NCBI GenBank assembly: GCA_964252035.1
Contig: OZ176213.1
Direction: 5' to 3' (one strand)
Length of the DNA stretch: 64,000 nt
From: Podarcis erhardii
Lineage: Eukaryota
The position numbers were made by a program, and so were the translations under genes. A model generated the notes under the pieces. The model worked only from the letters and a program-made list of their open reading frames with translations, did not search any database and was not told the DNA's origin. Positions within the stretch are counted from its first letter, which is position 1. Each line of letters begins with the position of its first letter. Positions 56,900-64,000 of the stretch are shown here, piece after piece.

Positions 56900-59800
56900 G
56901 TTTACATTCCAGATAAAAACCATAAGATACAGTTATATCAGCAAAATATTAAAATGACATTACAGTGGTGCCTCAGGTTACATATGCTTCAGGTTACATA
57001 CACTTCAGGTTACAGACTCCGCTAACGCAGAAATATTACCTTGGGTTAAGAACTTTGCTTCAGGATGAGAACAGAAATCATGCAGCAGCGGCAGCAGGAG
57101 GCCCCATTAGCTAATGTGGTGCTTCAGTTTAAGAACAGTTTTAGGTTAAGAACAGACCTCCAGAACGAATTAAGTTCTTAACCCGAGGTACCACTGTAAA
57201 ACCTGGTAGTACCACTACACAGTGGCAAAAGGGCAGCAAAGGCTAAGTGTTAAAAGATCGCTGAAGGTAGAGTGAATAAACACTCCCTGAGGTGATGCTG
57301 GGGGCACCTGACAGCCCATCAGAGGCAGCAACTCCTTCCACCATAAAGGCTGTTCTCTTGGATCACCCTGAGTCAAGGGACCTGCCTCTGGGACAAGGAT
57401 GGGTGTTGGTTGCCTTTTGGCCAGATGCTGAGTGTGGCCTTTTTCCTCCCCCGCCCCCCACTGCCTTTCCCCGGGCCAACATGGATCTAGAGCTCCATCT
57501 CCGCCGTCACCGCCGCGTACAACCGAGAGCAGCTCTGGCTGGCCAACGAGAACCTGATTACCAGGCTGCAGGCCTGTTGCCGTGGCTACCTTGTCCGCCA
57601 GGAGTTCAGTGGTCGGATGCGTTTCTTGAAGAAGCAAGTTCCTGCCATCACCTGCATCCAGGTACAGGGGGTGGTGGGAGGGCAGGGAGAACTTGGGGAG
57701 AGAAAGCAAAGAGCTGCTGGGGGTGGGCATTGAGGGTGGGGAACTCTGGGTCAGGGATGTGTAATGTGGCTGGACTGTGGCAGTACCCACTTGGCAAAGC
57801 TTCCTTTGGTCTGTTGGCTGGGCTTCTTCAAGGTTCCCACAGTCAACCCTTTTGTTCTCATTCTGTTGTTTGCGGTTGCTGGCTGGGGATACCATGTTCC
57901 GCAGGCTGTATCTCACGGCTGTGGAGAATTTGAGGAGCCCAGTTCTGGTGCCAGAGTGATGGGCAGCTAAGCAATGGGCCATGCAGCCCCCCTAAGTCCC
58001 CGCTTCTTTTGCCCCAACCAAGTCATGCAGGAGAACAGTCCAGCATTGGCTTGGAAGAGTTTCTTGGTCTTTCCTGCTGAGGTAGGGGAGTAAGGTTGTT
58101 TAAGCTTTAAGCTCCCCCGGGGTATCTGTTGCAAGGGTGGTGGGTATTTTGGTTCCTTGTTTTCAAATCTGGGTGAGAGAGGCTCTTTGGAGAGAGCTGG
58201 CCATGCTGCTGAAAGCCCAGATCCTGTTTGTTGCTCATTACAGTGCCACGCTCCTTGGCACTGATTCTGTTCAGAGTCCCTCATTTTGAGGTGGTTTGGT
58301 TTTCAATAGGAGCTGCTTTTGGTCCAGTAGCTGAACAAAGCGAAGCAGTGGCTGTCCCCAGCTGTGATCAGTTTGGGGGTGCAGACTGGAGGGAAGTGGG
58401 GGGGTGTAGAAGCATACAGGAGATGTTGCAGTCAGGCAAAGGAGGCCTCTAACCTGGTGTTGGGTTTGGTTTCAGTCTCAGTGGCGTGGCTACAAGCAGC
58501 GAAAAGCCTATCAAGACCGCCTGAAGTACTTGGAGGCCCACAAGGATGAAGCGGTGAAGGTAATGATCTTTCTAGGTCAGGCACTTTGGAATTGGAGCTC
58601 ACCCCACCCCACACCTACTCTGTCTTTCCAGGATGGATAAAACTGGTGGTCTCCTTCCCCTCCCACTTCCTTGCCTCAGCCAAAGCCCTCTGGGACTCCT
58701 AGTGGCTGGTCTTAACCCCTTCGTACTCCAAATAGCACTTATACATATTTATGCTTGACAACAATTTCCCACACTCTTTTAGATGTAGCGGCCATTTTAT
58801 GTTAGGCCATGCCCTCGCAGCAGCCATTTTGTAACCAGCACCCACAAAATTCCTGTGTGCCCACTAGCCCCAAAGAGTTGGCAACCTCTGCTTTCAAACA
58901 GACCAGATATGAGATCCTCTGGCCCATGGGTCTAATCCAGCCTTCCGGGCCTTTCCACCAAGCCCCAAGCCATGCCCCCTCCTCCTCCCCACCCTCTCAC
59001 AAGAGGCCAGCAATATTCCCATGTCTCTTCCAGAAAAAGGCTAGCAGTGGTTGTCTGCCCTGATCCCCTTTTGCCTGATCTTCTTCTACTTGCTTTGCCT
59101 CTCTCAGTTAACCTCTCACTCTCCCCCACCCCCCGCAAAAAAAAGGAAAGGAAAAGAAGGTCCTGTTCCTCTTTCGGCCATCTGCTTCCCTCTTCCTCAC
59201 TGCCATGGTGCCTGCAGGCAAAACAAAAACAACATCCCCTTGGTAGGGCCAAGCACTACTCAGGCCTACTCCTTCCCAAACGTGTCCACAGTAACCTCCT
59301 AGCAAATGACTCGGCCACCTGCTTTGAAGCCTCCTTTCCCACCTCACACCCATGCAAGGCATCTCCTGGTGCATGGTGTGCTTCAGCCAAGATTGGAAAG
59401 CTCAGCCATGGATTGTCACCTCACCTGGCAATGTAAGGAGAGCAAAGGAAGGGGCTTCATCTGACCCACGTGCAACCAGGATGAGGATACAAAGCCAGGG
59501 GCTCCACCTACCCTTCTCTACCAGAAAGCAGGAGGTCCCAGAGCCCCATTCTCCCTCCTCTCCCCCCTACTCAGCTTAGTGCAACACCCATTTTCAGCAC
59601 CCATTTTCAATTTTTTCCATCTTCCACAGATTCAAGCCATGACCAGGATGTACCAGGCCCGGAAACGGTACCGAGGTCGGCTGCAGTATTTCCGGGATCA
59701 TGTAAGTGCACTGCAGGTGGGGCACCTGGGATTGCTGGATTCCCTCCCATCAGCCCTGGTAACCAGCAGGGCCAATGGATGATAGTGGTGTCAATCATGA

Positions 59801-62800
59801 TGATGATCGTGGAGGTTGCAGTCCAGTGACATCCAGGAGTGGAAGGGCATAGATGGAAGCACTACTGTGCTACTCTTGCCATGGGACAGGATGGCAAAGG
59901 GTTTGCTTTTGTCTCTTGGCTAGATCAATGACATTGTGAAGATCCAGGCCTTCATCCGTGCCAATAAAGCTCGCGATGACTACAAGACGCTGAGTGAGTA
60001 TTGCCAGGAAGGGAGGCCCACGCAGCTAGTCATGTCCTGAAACTGCCCAAGAAGGGACTGTCGTGGCAAGCAGGAAGGCTGCCATTTTTCATTGGTTTCC
60101 TACAATCCAGTTGTCCCACAGGGGACATAAGGGGACAAAGCCACTCAGTGGAAGCTTTTTCTCTGTAACTGGCATTGTGAGGTAACCATGGCAATATTCG
60201 GCCCTGGCTATTTTGGTCATGGAAGTGGGTTTGGCATGTGACCTCGCCAAAGCTTATTAAGAAGTGGATTGCTTCACTTGCCTGTCCTGTTTCTGCTGAG
60301 AGCCTGCCTTTGCTCCTTGGACCTCCCCTTCAAAACGGGGCAAAATGGAGGGGTTTGGGTTCTTTCCTTTCAGTCTGTCTGCTTCTTATGTACACAAGAA
60401 AGAGCGATTCTCTCATGAAAATAAATGAAAGGCCTGCTCCTTTTGTGCCATCAGCATTTGTCACCATTCCTTGGCTGGCGTCTTTCCCTCCACAGTCAAT
60501 GCTGAAGACCCCCCGATGGCGGTTGTCCGGAAGTTTGTGCACTTGCTGGATCAGAGCGATCAAGATTTCCAAGAGGAACTGGACGTGATGAAGCTGCGTG
60601 AGGAGGTTGTGACCTTGATCCGCTCCAATCAGCAGCTGGAGAATGACCTCAACCTCATGGACATAAAAATTGGCTTGCTGGTGAAGAACAAAATCACGCT
60701 GCAGGTATAGTCCCCGCTGTCTGGGAGGGGAGCAATCCCCCTTGCCAAGTTCTCAAGCAACGAGGACACAGTTGTGTATGGCAGGCTCTGAAGGTGTTTG
60801 TTAGTAGCCACTGAAGGTGTTTGTTAGAGCTCATAAAGCAACGGTCTCCCTCTTGTCAATAATTTCCCTGCCAGACCAGATCAGTTATCTGTCAGTTGTC
60901 CTGTGGCTGATGAGAAAGATGGCCACATCCACATAATGTGACGGTCGGGGGTATCCTGTACCTCTGAATATGGTGGGTTGTGTATCTGCAAAGATAAGAG
61001 GCCCCAAACAATTCAAGGGAATTGGGAATTGGGAACTGTCCCAATATTTCCATTTCAATGATTGATAGATCTACTGATACTGCTCAGCAGGTAAGGAAAA
61101 CTTGGATTTGCGGGCCAGAAAGGTGCTAGCCAGTATTTCCAGGTCTGCCAGAGTCAGCGGCAGGAGACGAGGCCAGGGTCCCAGGGAAAGGATGGGTTGC
61201 TAAGCACAGGCTCTGAGTTCCCCTCTGCCCTTCCCTCCTCGCTGCAGGATGTCGTGTCTCACAGCAAGAAGCTTACCAAGAAGAATAAGGAGCAGCTCTC
61301 GGACATGATGATGTTGAACAAGCAAAGGGGAGGCTTGAAGGCTCTGAGCAAAGAGAAAAGGGAGAAGCTGGAGGCCTATCAGCACCTCTTCTACTTGCTG
61401 CAGGTGAGGAGAGAGGAGGAGCTGTAGCGGGAGGTGACCCTTTGTCTTCTCTCCTTCTCTTCTCTCCGTGAACTGCTCTCCATGATCCCCTCCTTGTTTC
61501 GCTGCAGACTAACCCCACTTACCTGGCTAAGCTGATTTTCCAAATGCCCCAGAACAAATCCACAAAATTCATGGACTCTGTCATCTTCACGCTGTACAAC
61601 TACGCCTCCAATCAGCGGGAGGAGTACCTGTTGCTGCGCCTCTTCAAGACTGCACTGCAGGAGGAGATCAAGTACGTGGGTCGGGAGCCTTTAACTCTCA
61701 GGGGCTGCATGGGGAGTAAAGACAGCTGTTAGGCTACACCTGTTCACCGTGCTTTGGGCTCTCATTTTTTTAGTAAAAGTGCAGCCCTTGGCTACCATGG
61801 GGATTCGTGGAGCCCAGATACCTGTCACAGAGGGCAGCTTTCTTTGGGCTTCTGGTTCCTGCTGTCACTTTGGCTCCCAAGTTGGAAGGCCAGGCATGAG
61901 TTTGCCATGTGGTCAGCAGTAAATGCTCACATGTGGTTGTAAGGGGAGGAGCAATAAAGCTATTTAAACTATTAAATTGAAATACCCAGAAAGAAAAAAA
62001 TTGCTTTCCCTCTGACTTTGCATTCTCAGTTATAGTGGTGTGGGGGGCCCTTTCACATTGGAATAAGTGCACCACCCTGAGATTTTGTGATGAAGGGTAG
62101 TATATAAATTGGATATAGATAGACAGACAGAGGTACTGTGCTTCCCTCTTGGTGGGAGGCTGGCCGGCCATTGACTAATAGGAGAGACAGGGAGGAAACT
62201 CCTCCTGGTTGAAGGTTCTGAAACAACCTGCAAACAAAAGCTGGATCTGAAAACCTGAGGATGACAACAACAACAACAGGAATGTATGAAAGAGAAGTAT
62301 GAAAATTGGAAGGCCACCCTCTGGGCTTGGGTACCAGCATCTTCTGCTGGGAAAGTAAGCTGGTTTTCATCCACATGTGTTTCCAGCAAGCCTTTCTCGC
62401 CTTCTTCCAGATCAAAGGTGGATCAGCTGCAAGAAATTGTGACGGGAAACCCCACAGTGATCAAGATGGTGGTGAGCTTCAACCGTGGTGCTCGTGGACA
62501 GAACACCTTGAGGCAGATCCTGGCACCGGTTGTGAAGGAGATCATGGAGGACAAATCTCTCAATATTAAAACTGATCCAGTGGACATCTACAAGTCCTGG
62601 GTCAACCAGATGGAGTCGCATACCGGAGAGGCTAGGTATGAGGGGCTGTTCATGCTCACAGGAGGTGCCAAAAAAGGTCTGGACGTTTTTCAGGGGAGAG
62701 AGAGACACATCCTCATTTGGATTTTCACGTTTTGTGGCGGCTTGTATCTGAAAAGTTCCTTTTCCCCCTCGAAAGTTTTAAAAATAGATTCCATTCACTG

Positions 62801-63704
62801 ATACATAAGATTAAGTGTTTAGACCTGGAGGCCTCACAGTCATGGCCTTAGGAAAGGTCATGTAGTCATTCCAGGGCACAAAGGTGAGCTGAACCTGGCA
62901 GAGGGTTTAGAGCCATTTTTAAAAAACCATGTTCTCAATGAAGAGCGATATAGAAAGCTGCTTCCTTCATTCCTCCCTTCTGCTTTGGGGGCATTTATCA
63001 AGGGTCAGATGGTCATAGGAGAGGAATGTCGGCAAAGACCTCAAAACCCAAAGCTCCTGCTGGACTCCCTATGTTTCCCTCCCCCCCCCCCGCCCTCTGG
63101 GCTACCTGCCACCCACCGTCCTGTGGGAAGGATAATTGGGACAGAAGACTCCCTTAGAGCCCATACCTGCGGGCCTTTCTCTCTCCCCACCCCCCACCTC
63201 AAACAGGGCTGATCTGTCACCAGGTGCCCCCTGGGCAGGATCCAGATGGCTGTTTATGCACCTGTGTTGTGTCTGTCCAGCATAAGCTGGAGGGCTAAGA
63301 GGGGGGGTGCAAGCGGCAGCATCCTCCAGCTGACACTTCCCACTGCTCACCTCCCTATGGCTTTTCCTTGACAGTAAGCTGCCCTACGACGTCACACCGG
63401 AGCAAGCCCTGGCCCACGAGGAGGTCAAGACGCGCCTGGATGCCTCCATCAAGAACATGCGGGCCATCACCGACAAGTTTCTGCTGGCCATCATCGGCTC
63501 CCTGGAGAAAATCCCGTGAGTGTCCCAAGCTGCCCCTCGGGCGGATGCAGGCGGAGGAGGGTCCTTCTAAGCTTCTCTCCGCCTCTCCCCTCATTCCCGG
63601 CCTTGTTCTCCCTCTACAGCTATGGCATGCGCTTCATTGCCAAGGTCTTGAAAGATTCACTACACGAAAAATTTCCTGACGCCAGTGAGGATGATCTGCT
63701 GAAG
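27218..63704 (+). CDS. IQGAP1: IQ motif-containing GTPase-activating protein 1, exons 1-28 (continues beyond window)
   Basis: Start MATPEEIDGAGVARPHYG, CH domain, IQGAP repeats, WW, four IQ motifs, start of RasGAP-related domain; all 28 exons GT-AG and phase-consistent; GVARPHYG N-terminus and FSPKVVSLKKIYDREQTRYK match IQGAP1 as recalled. Confidence 0.96.
28137..28305. mobile_element. hAT-type MITE with internal 22-bp tandem repeats
   Basis: TIRs CAGTGGCTTAG / CTACGCCACTG; perfect 8-bp TSD CATCCCAG (28129-28136 and 28306-28313). Confidence 0.85.
28419..28490. repeat. Local tandem duplication
   Basis: Three copies of CTTTGTGCAAGTGGATGA (28428, 28448, 28471). Confidence 0.8.
29585..29807. 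mobile_element. Tigger-like MITE (degenerate)
   Basis: TA-CAGTCATACCTCGGGTT .. AACCCAAGTGTCCACTG; same terminal family as 56963-57196. Confidence 0.7.
30271..30438 (-). mobile_element. CR1 LINE 3' fragment
   Basis: TCATAGAATT..GGTCATCTAGTCCAACCCC, the reverse complement of the CR1 3' terminal motif. Confidence 0.7.
32108..32207 (+). CDS. IQGAP1: IQGAP1 exon 2
   Basis: VLDNERMTAEEMDERRRQNVAYEYLCHLEEAKR; 100 nt. Confidence 0.97.
35027..35366 (+). mobile_element. Sauria-type SINE, slightly 5'-truncated
   Basis: High similarity to the 17553 copy; abuts a T-rich L1-like tail (about 34880-35030). Confidence 0.88.
36285..36608 (+). mobile_element. L1-like 3' end
   Basis: T-rich UTR, AATAAA 36582-36587, A tail; 17-bp TSD GAGATGGAAGGAAGCAC (36268-36284 and 36609-36625). 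Confidence 0.75.
36832..36972 (-). mobile_element. Short tRNA-head / CR1-tail SINE (family name uncertain)
   Basis: Minus-strand TAGCTGTTGGTTAGAGC A box, degenerate B box, CR1-type tail ending ATTCTATGA. Confidence 0.7.
37000..37337 (-). mobile_element. Sauria-type SINE
   Basis: Reverse complement of the 17553-type sequence; TSD TCCTCTCTGTGTA (36987-36999 and 37338-37350). Confidence 0.9.
40282..40570 (+). mobile_element. Sauria-type SINE, 5'-truncated
   Basis: Matches the body and TTTACC tail of the other copies; lacks the tRNA head. Confidence 0.85.
41319..41515 (+). mobile_element. L2 LINE 3' tail ending in a (TAT)n microsatellite
   Basis: Reverse-complement similarity to the 55270 element end (GCCGCCCAGAGTG..CCAGCCAGATGGG); long TAT array. 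Confidence 0.7.
41841..41872. repeat. (TGCC)8 microsatellite
   Basis: Direct count. Confidence 0.9.
43789..43833. repeat. (GCT)15 microsatellite
   Basis: Direct count; IQGAP1 intron 2. Confidence 0.95.
43946..44332. mobile_element. hAT-like MITE with duplicated right terminus
   Basis: TAGGGCTAGGCGATAT left end; AGCCCTA at 44211-44217 and a second similar end near 44332; degenerate 8-bp flanks GTCTTGGC / GCCTTGGT. Confidence 0.5.
44740..44896 (+). CDS. IQGAP1: IQGAP1 exon 3 (CH domain)
   Basis: WMEACL..ELEEGLRNGVYLAKLG..EQTRYK; 157 nt. Confidence 0.97.
45452..45529 (+). CDS. IQGAP1: IQGAP1 exon 4
   Basis: ATGLHFRHTDNVIQWLNAMAEIGLPK; 78 nt. Confidence 0.96.
45858..45934 (+). CDS. IQGAP1: IQGAP1 exon 5
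   Basis: IFYPETTDIYDRKNMPRCIYCIHAL; 77 nt. Confidence 0.96.
46740..46807 (+). CDS. IQGAP1: IQGAP1 exon 6
   Basis: LYLFKLGLAPQIQDLYGKVDFT; 68 nt. Confidence 0.96.
47189..47302 (+). CDS. IQGAP1: IQGAP1 exon 7
   Basis: EEISNMRLELEKYGIQMPAFGKIGGILANELSVDEAA; 114 nt. Confidence 0.95.
47635..47813 (+). CDS. IQGAP1: IQGAP1 exon 8
   Basis: HAAVIAINDAID..NPNAMLVNLEEPLA; 179 nt. Confidence 0.95.
48955..49045 (+). CDS. IQGAP1: IQGAP1 exon 9
   Basis: ERERDVYEELLTQAEIQGNVNKVN; 91 nt. Confidence 0.94.
49473..49636 (+). CDS. IQGAP1: IQGAP1 exon 10
   Basis: IDLILDQGDA..LGLRGL..WYLKQLL; 164 nt. Confidence 0.94.
50087..50171 (+). CDS. IQGAP1: IQGAP1 exon 11
   Basis: PLQKEELQAGVDVAN..AQQYQ; 85 nt. Confidence 0.93.
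50981..51144 (+). CDS. IQGAP1: IQGAP1 exon 12
   Basis: LMNPEAQLPPVYPFAAELYQKELATLQ; 164 nt. Confidence 0.95.
51927..52087 (+). CDS. IQGAP1: IQGAP1 exon 13
   Basis: LTHPELSVAVEMLSSVALINRAL; 161 nt. Confidence 0.96.
52587..52711 (+). CDS. IQGAP1: IQGAP1 exon 14
   Basis: EFITWNDIQSCVDRVN..EEHE; 125 nt. Confidence 0.95.
53887..54050 (+). CDS. IQGAP1: IQGAP1 exon 15
   Basis: ILAIGLINEALDEGDA..IPAAKLEGV..KREKAQ; 164 nt. Confidence 0.96.
54876..54966 (+). CDS. IQGAP1: IQGAP1 exon 16
   Basis: AVLWLDEIQGG; 91 nt. Confidence 0.95.
55267..55591 (-). mobile_element. L2 LINE 3' fragment
   Basis: Minus-strand frame TLRSSAEGLLAVP..RAFSVVA, typical of the L2 ORF C-terminus, followed by 3'UTR and ATT tail. 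Confidence 0.8.
55691..55858 (+). CDS. IQGAP1: IQGAP1 exon 17
   Basis: AINEAVDQGDV..DVGLYGVTPEC; 168 nt. Confidence 0.95.
56119..56264 (+). CDS. IQGAP1: IQGAP1 exon 18 (WW domain)
   Basis: WVKHWVKGGYHYYHNL..W..P; 146 nt. Confidence 0.95.
56857..56898. repeat. (AAT)14 microsatellite
   Basis: Direct count. Confidence 0.9.
56963..57196. mobile_element. Tigger-like MITE
   Basis: TA TSD both sides; 18-bp TIRs CAGTGGTGCCTCAGGTTA / TAACCCGAGGTACCACTG (16 of 18 match). Confidence 0.85.
57491..57661 (+). CDS. IQGAP1: IQGAP1 exon 19 (IQ1 and start of IQ2)
   Basis: AAYNREQLWLANE..LQACCRGYLVRQ..ITCIQ; 171 nt. Confidence 0.95.
58476..58559 (+). CDS. IQGAP1: IQGAP1 exon 20 (IQ2)
   Basis: SQWRGYKQRKAYQDRL; 84 nt. 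Confidence 0.95.
59630..59701 (+). CDS. IQGAP1: IQGAP1 exon 21 (IQ3)
   Basis: IQAMTRMYQARKRYRGRLQYFRDH; 72 nt. Confidence 0.95.
59924..59993 (+). CDS. IQGAP1: IQGAP1 exon 22 (IQ4)
   Basis: INDIVKIQAFIRANKARDDYKTL; 70 nt. Confidence 0.95.
60496..60704 (+). CDS. IQGAP1: IQGAP1 exon 23
   Basis: VRKFVHLLDQSDQDFQEE..MDIKIGLLVKNKITLQ; 209 nt. Confidence 0.97.
61248..61403 (+). CDS. IQGAP1: IQGAP1 exon 24
   Basis: DVVSHSKKL..LEAYQHLFYLLQ; 156 nt. Confidence 0.97.
61508..61671 (+). CDS. IQGAP1: IQGAP1 exon 25
   Basis: TNPTYLAKLIF..NQREEYLLLRLF; 164 nt. Confidence 0.97.
62411..62635 (+). CDS. IQGAP1: IQGAP1 exon 26 (RasGAP-related domain)
   Basis: GNPTVIKMVVSFNRGARGQ..TDPVDIYKSW; 225 nt. Confidence 0.97.
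63375..63515 (+). CDS. IQGAP1: IQGAP1 exon 27
   Basis: KLPYDVTPEQALAHEEVK..EKIP; 141 nt. Confidence 0.96.
63620..63704 (+). CDS. IQGAP1: IQGAP1 exon 28
   Basis: YGMRFIAKVLKDSLHEKFPDASEDDLLK; 85 nt. Confidence 0.96.
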
Positions 63705-63723
63705 GTGAGGAAGCAGGGTTTCT

Positions 63724-63726
<3 letters not shown>

Positions 63727-63760
<34 letters not shown>
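63727..63760. repeat. (AC)17 microsatellite
   Basis: Direct count; a (TC)n tract follows at 63891-63917. Confidence 0.9.
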
Positions 63761-63762
<2 letters not shown>

Positions 63763-64000
63763 CACTTGCTTCGCGCTCTCTTGGTCAGACCACCTGTCAA
63801 TCACATTTGCAGCTCCAGCGACCTAGGTGAGCATGGAGGTGGGGGCTGCTTTGAGAGCAGAGGGGGTGGACTTGCTGCTTCTACTGCGTGTCTCTCTCTC
63901 TCTCTCTCTCTCTCTCTGCTGGGCTTCTTCCTTCTCTCTAAAGAGCTGCAGCCAGTGGTCACACTTGGTCTCAGCAGCAGCCTGTGCCACTTTCCTTTTT

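Noticed and set aside
57215-57982. 255-aa minus-strand ORF
   Set aside because: Antisense shadow of IQGAP1 exon 19 and GC-rich flanks; no independent gene features

Overview
Vertebrate genomic DNA, most likely a lacertid lizard (inferred from Sauria-type SINEs and squamate-type L2/CR1/L1 tails and MITEs). Three spliced protein-coding genes were reconstructed by hand with phase-consistent exons. (1) The last 14 exons of TP53BP1 (+, 867-11007: LC8 sites, oligomerisation domain, GAR, tandem Tudor, UDR, tandem BRCT). (2) A complete 18-exon TUBGCP4 (-, ATG 23884, stop near 12231), tail-to-tail with TP53BP1. (3) Exons 1-28 of IQGAP1 (+, ATG 27218, continuing past the window), head-to-head with TUBGCP4 across two CpG islands and a transposon-filled spacer. 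No rRNA, tRNA gene, CRISPR or viral ORF is supported, and no wholly new gene system is evident. The most striking signals lie inside the known genes. This 53BP1 keeps its histone-reading cage and p53-binding face but lacks the BRCT phosphate-binding lysine (human K1814 -> I), the mitotic phosphosite T1609 (-> M) and the ATM site S1778 (-> L). GCP4 carries a ~42-aa polyQ/Pro/Ala exon-2 expansion, an ambiguous terminal exon and a predicted 5'-UTR intron with a duplicated acceptor. Human residue numbers, sequences and synteny are recalled from memory, not retrieved, and should be verified by alignment.
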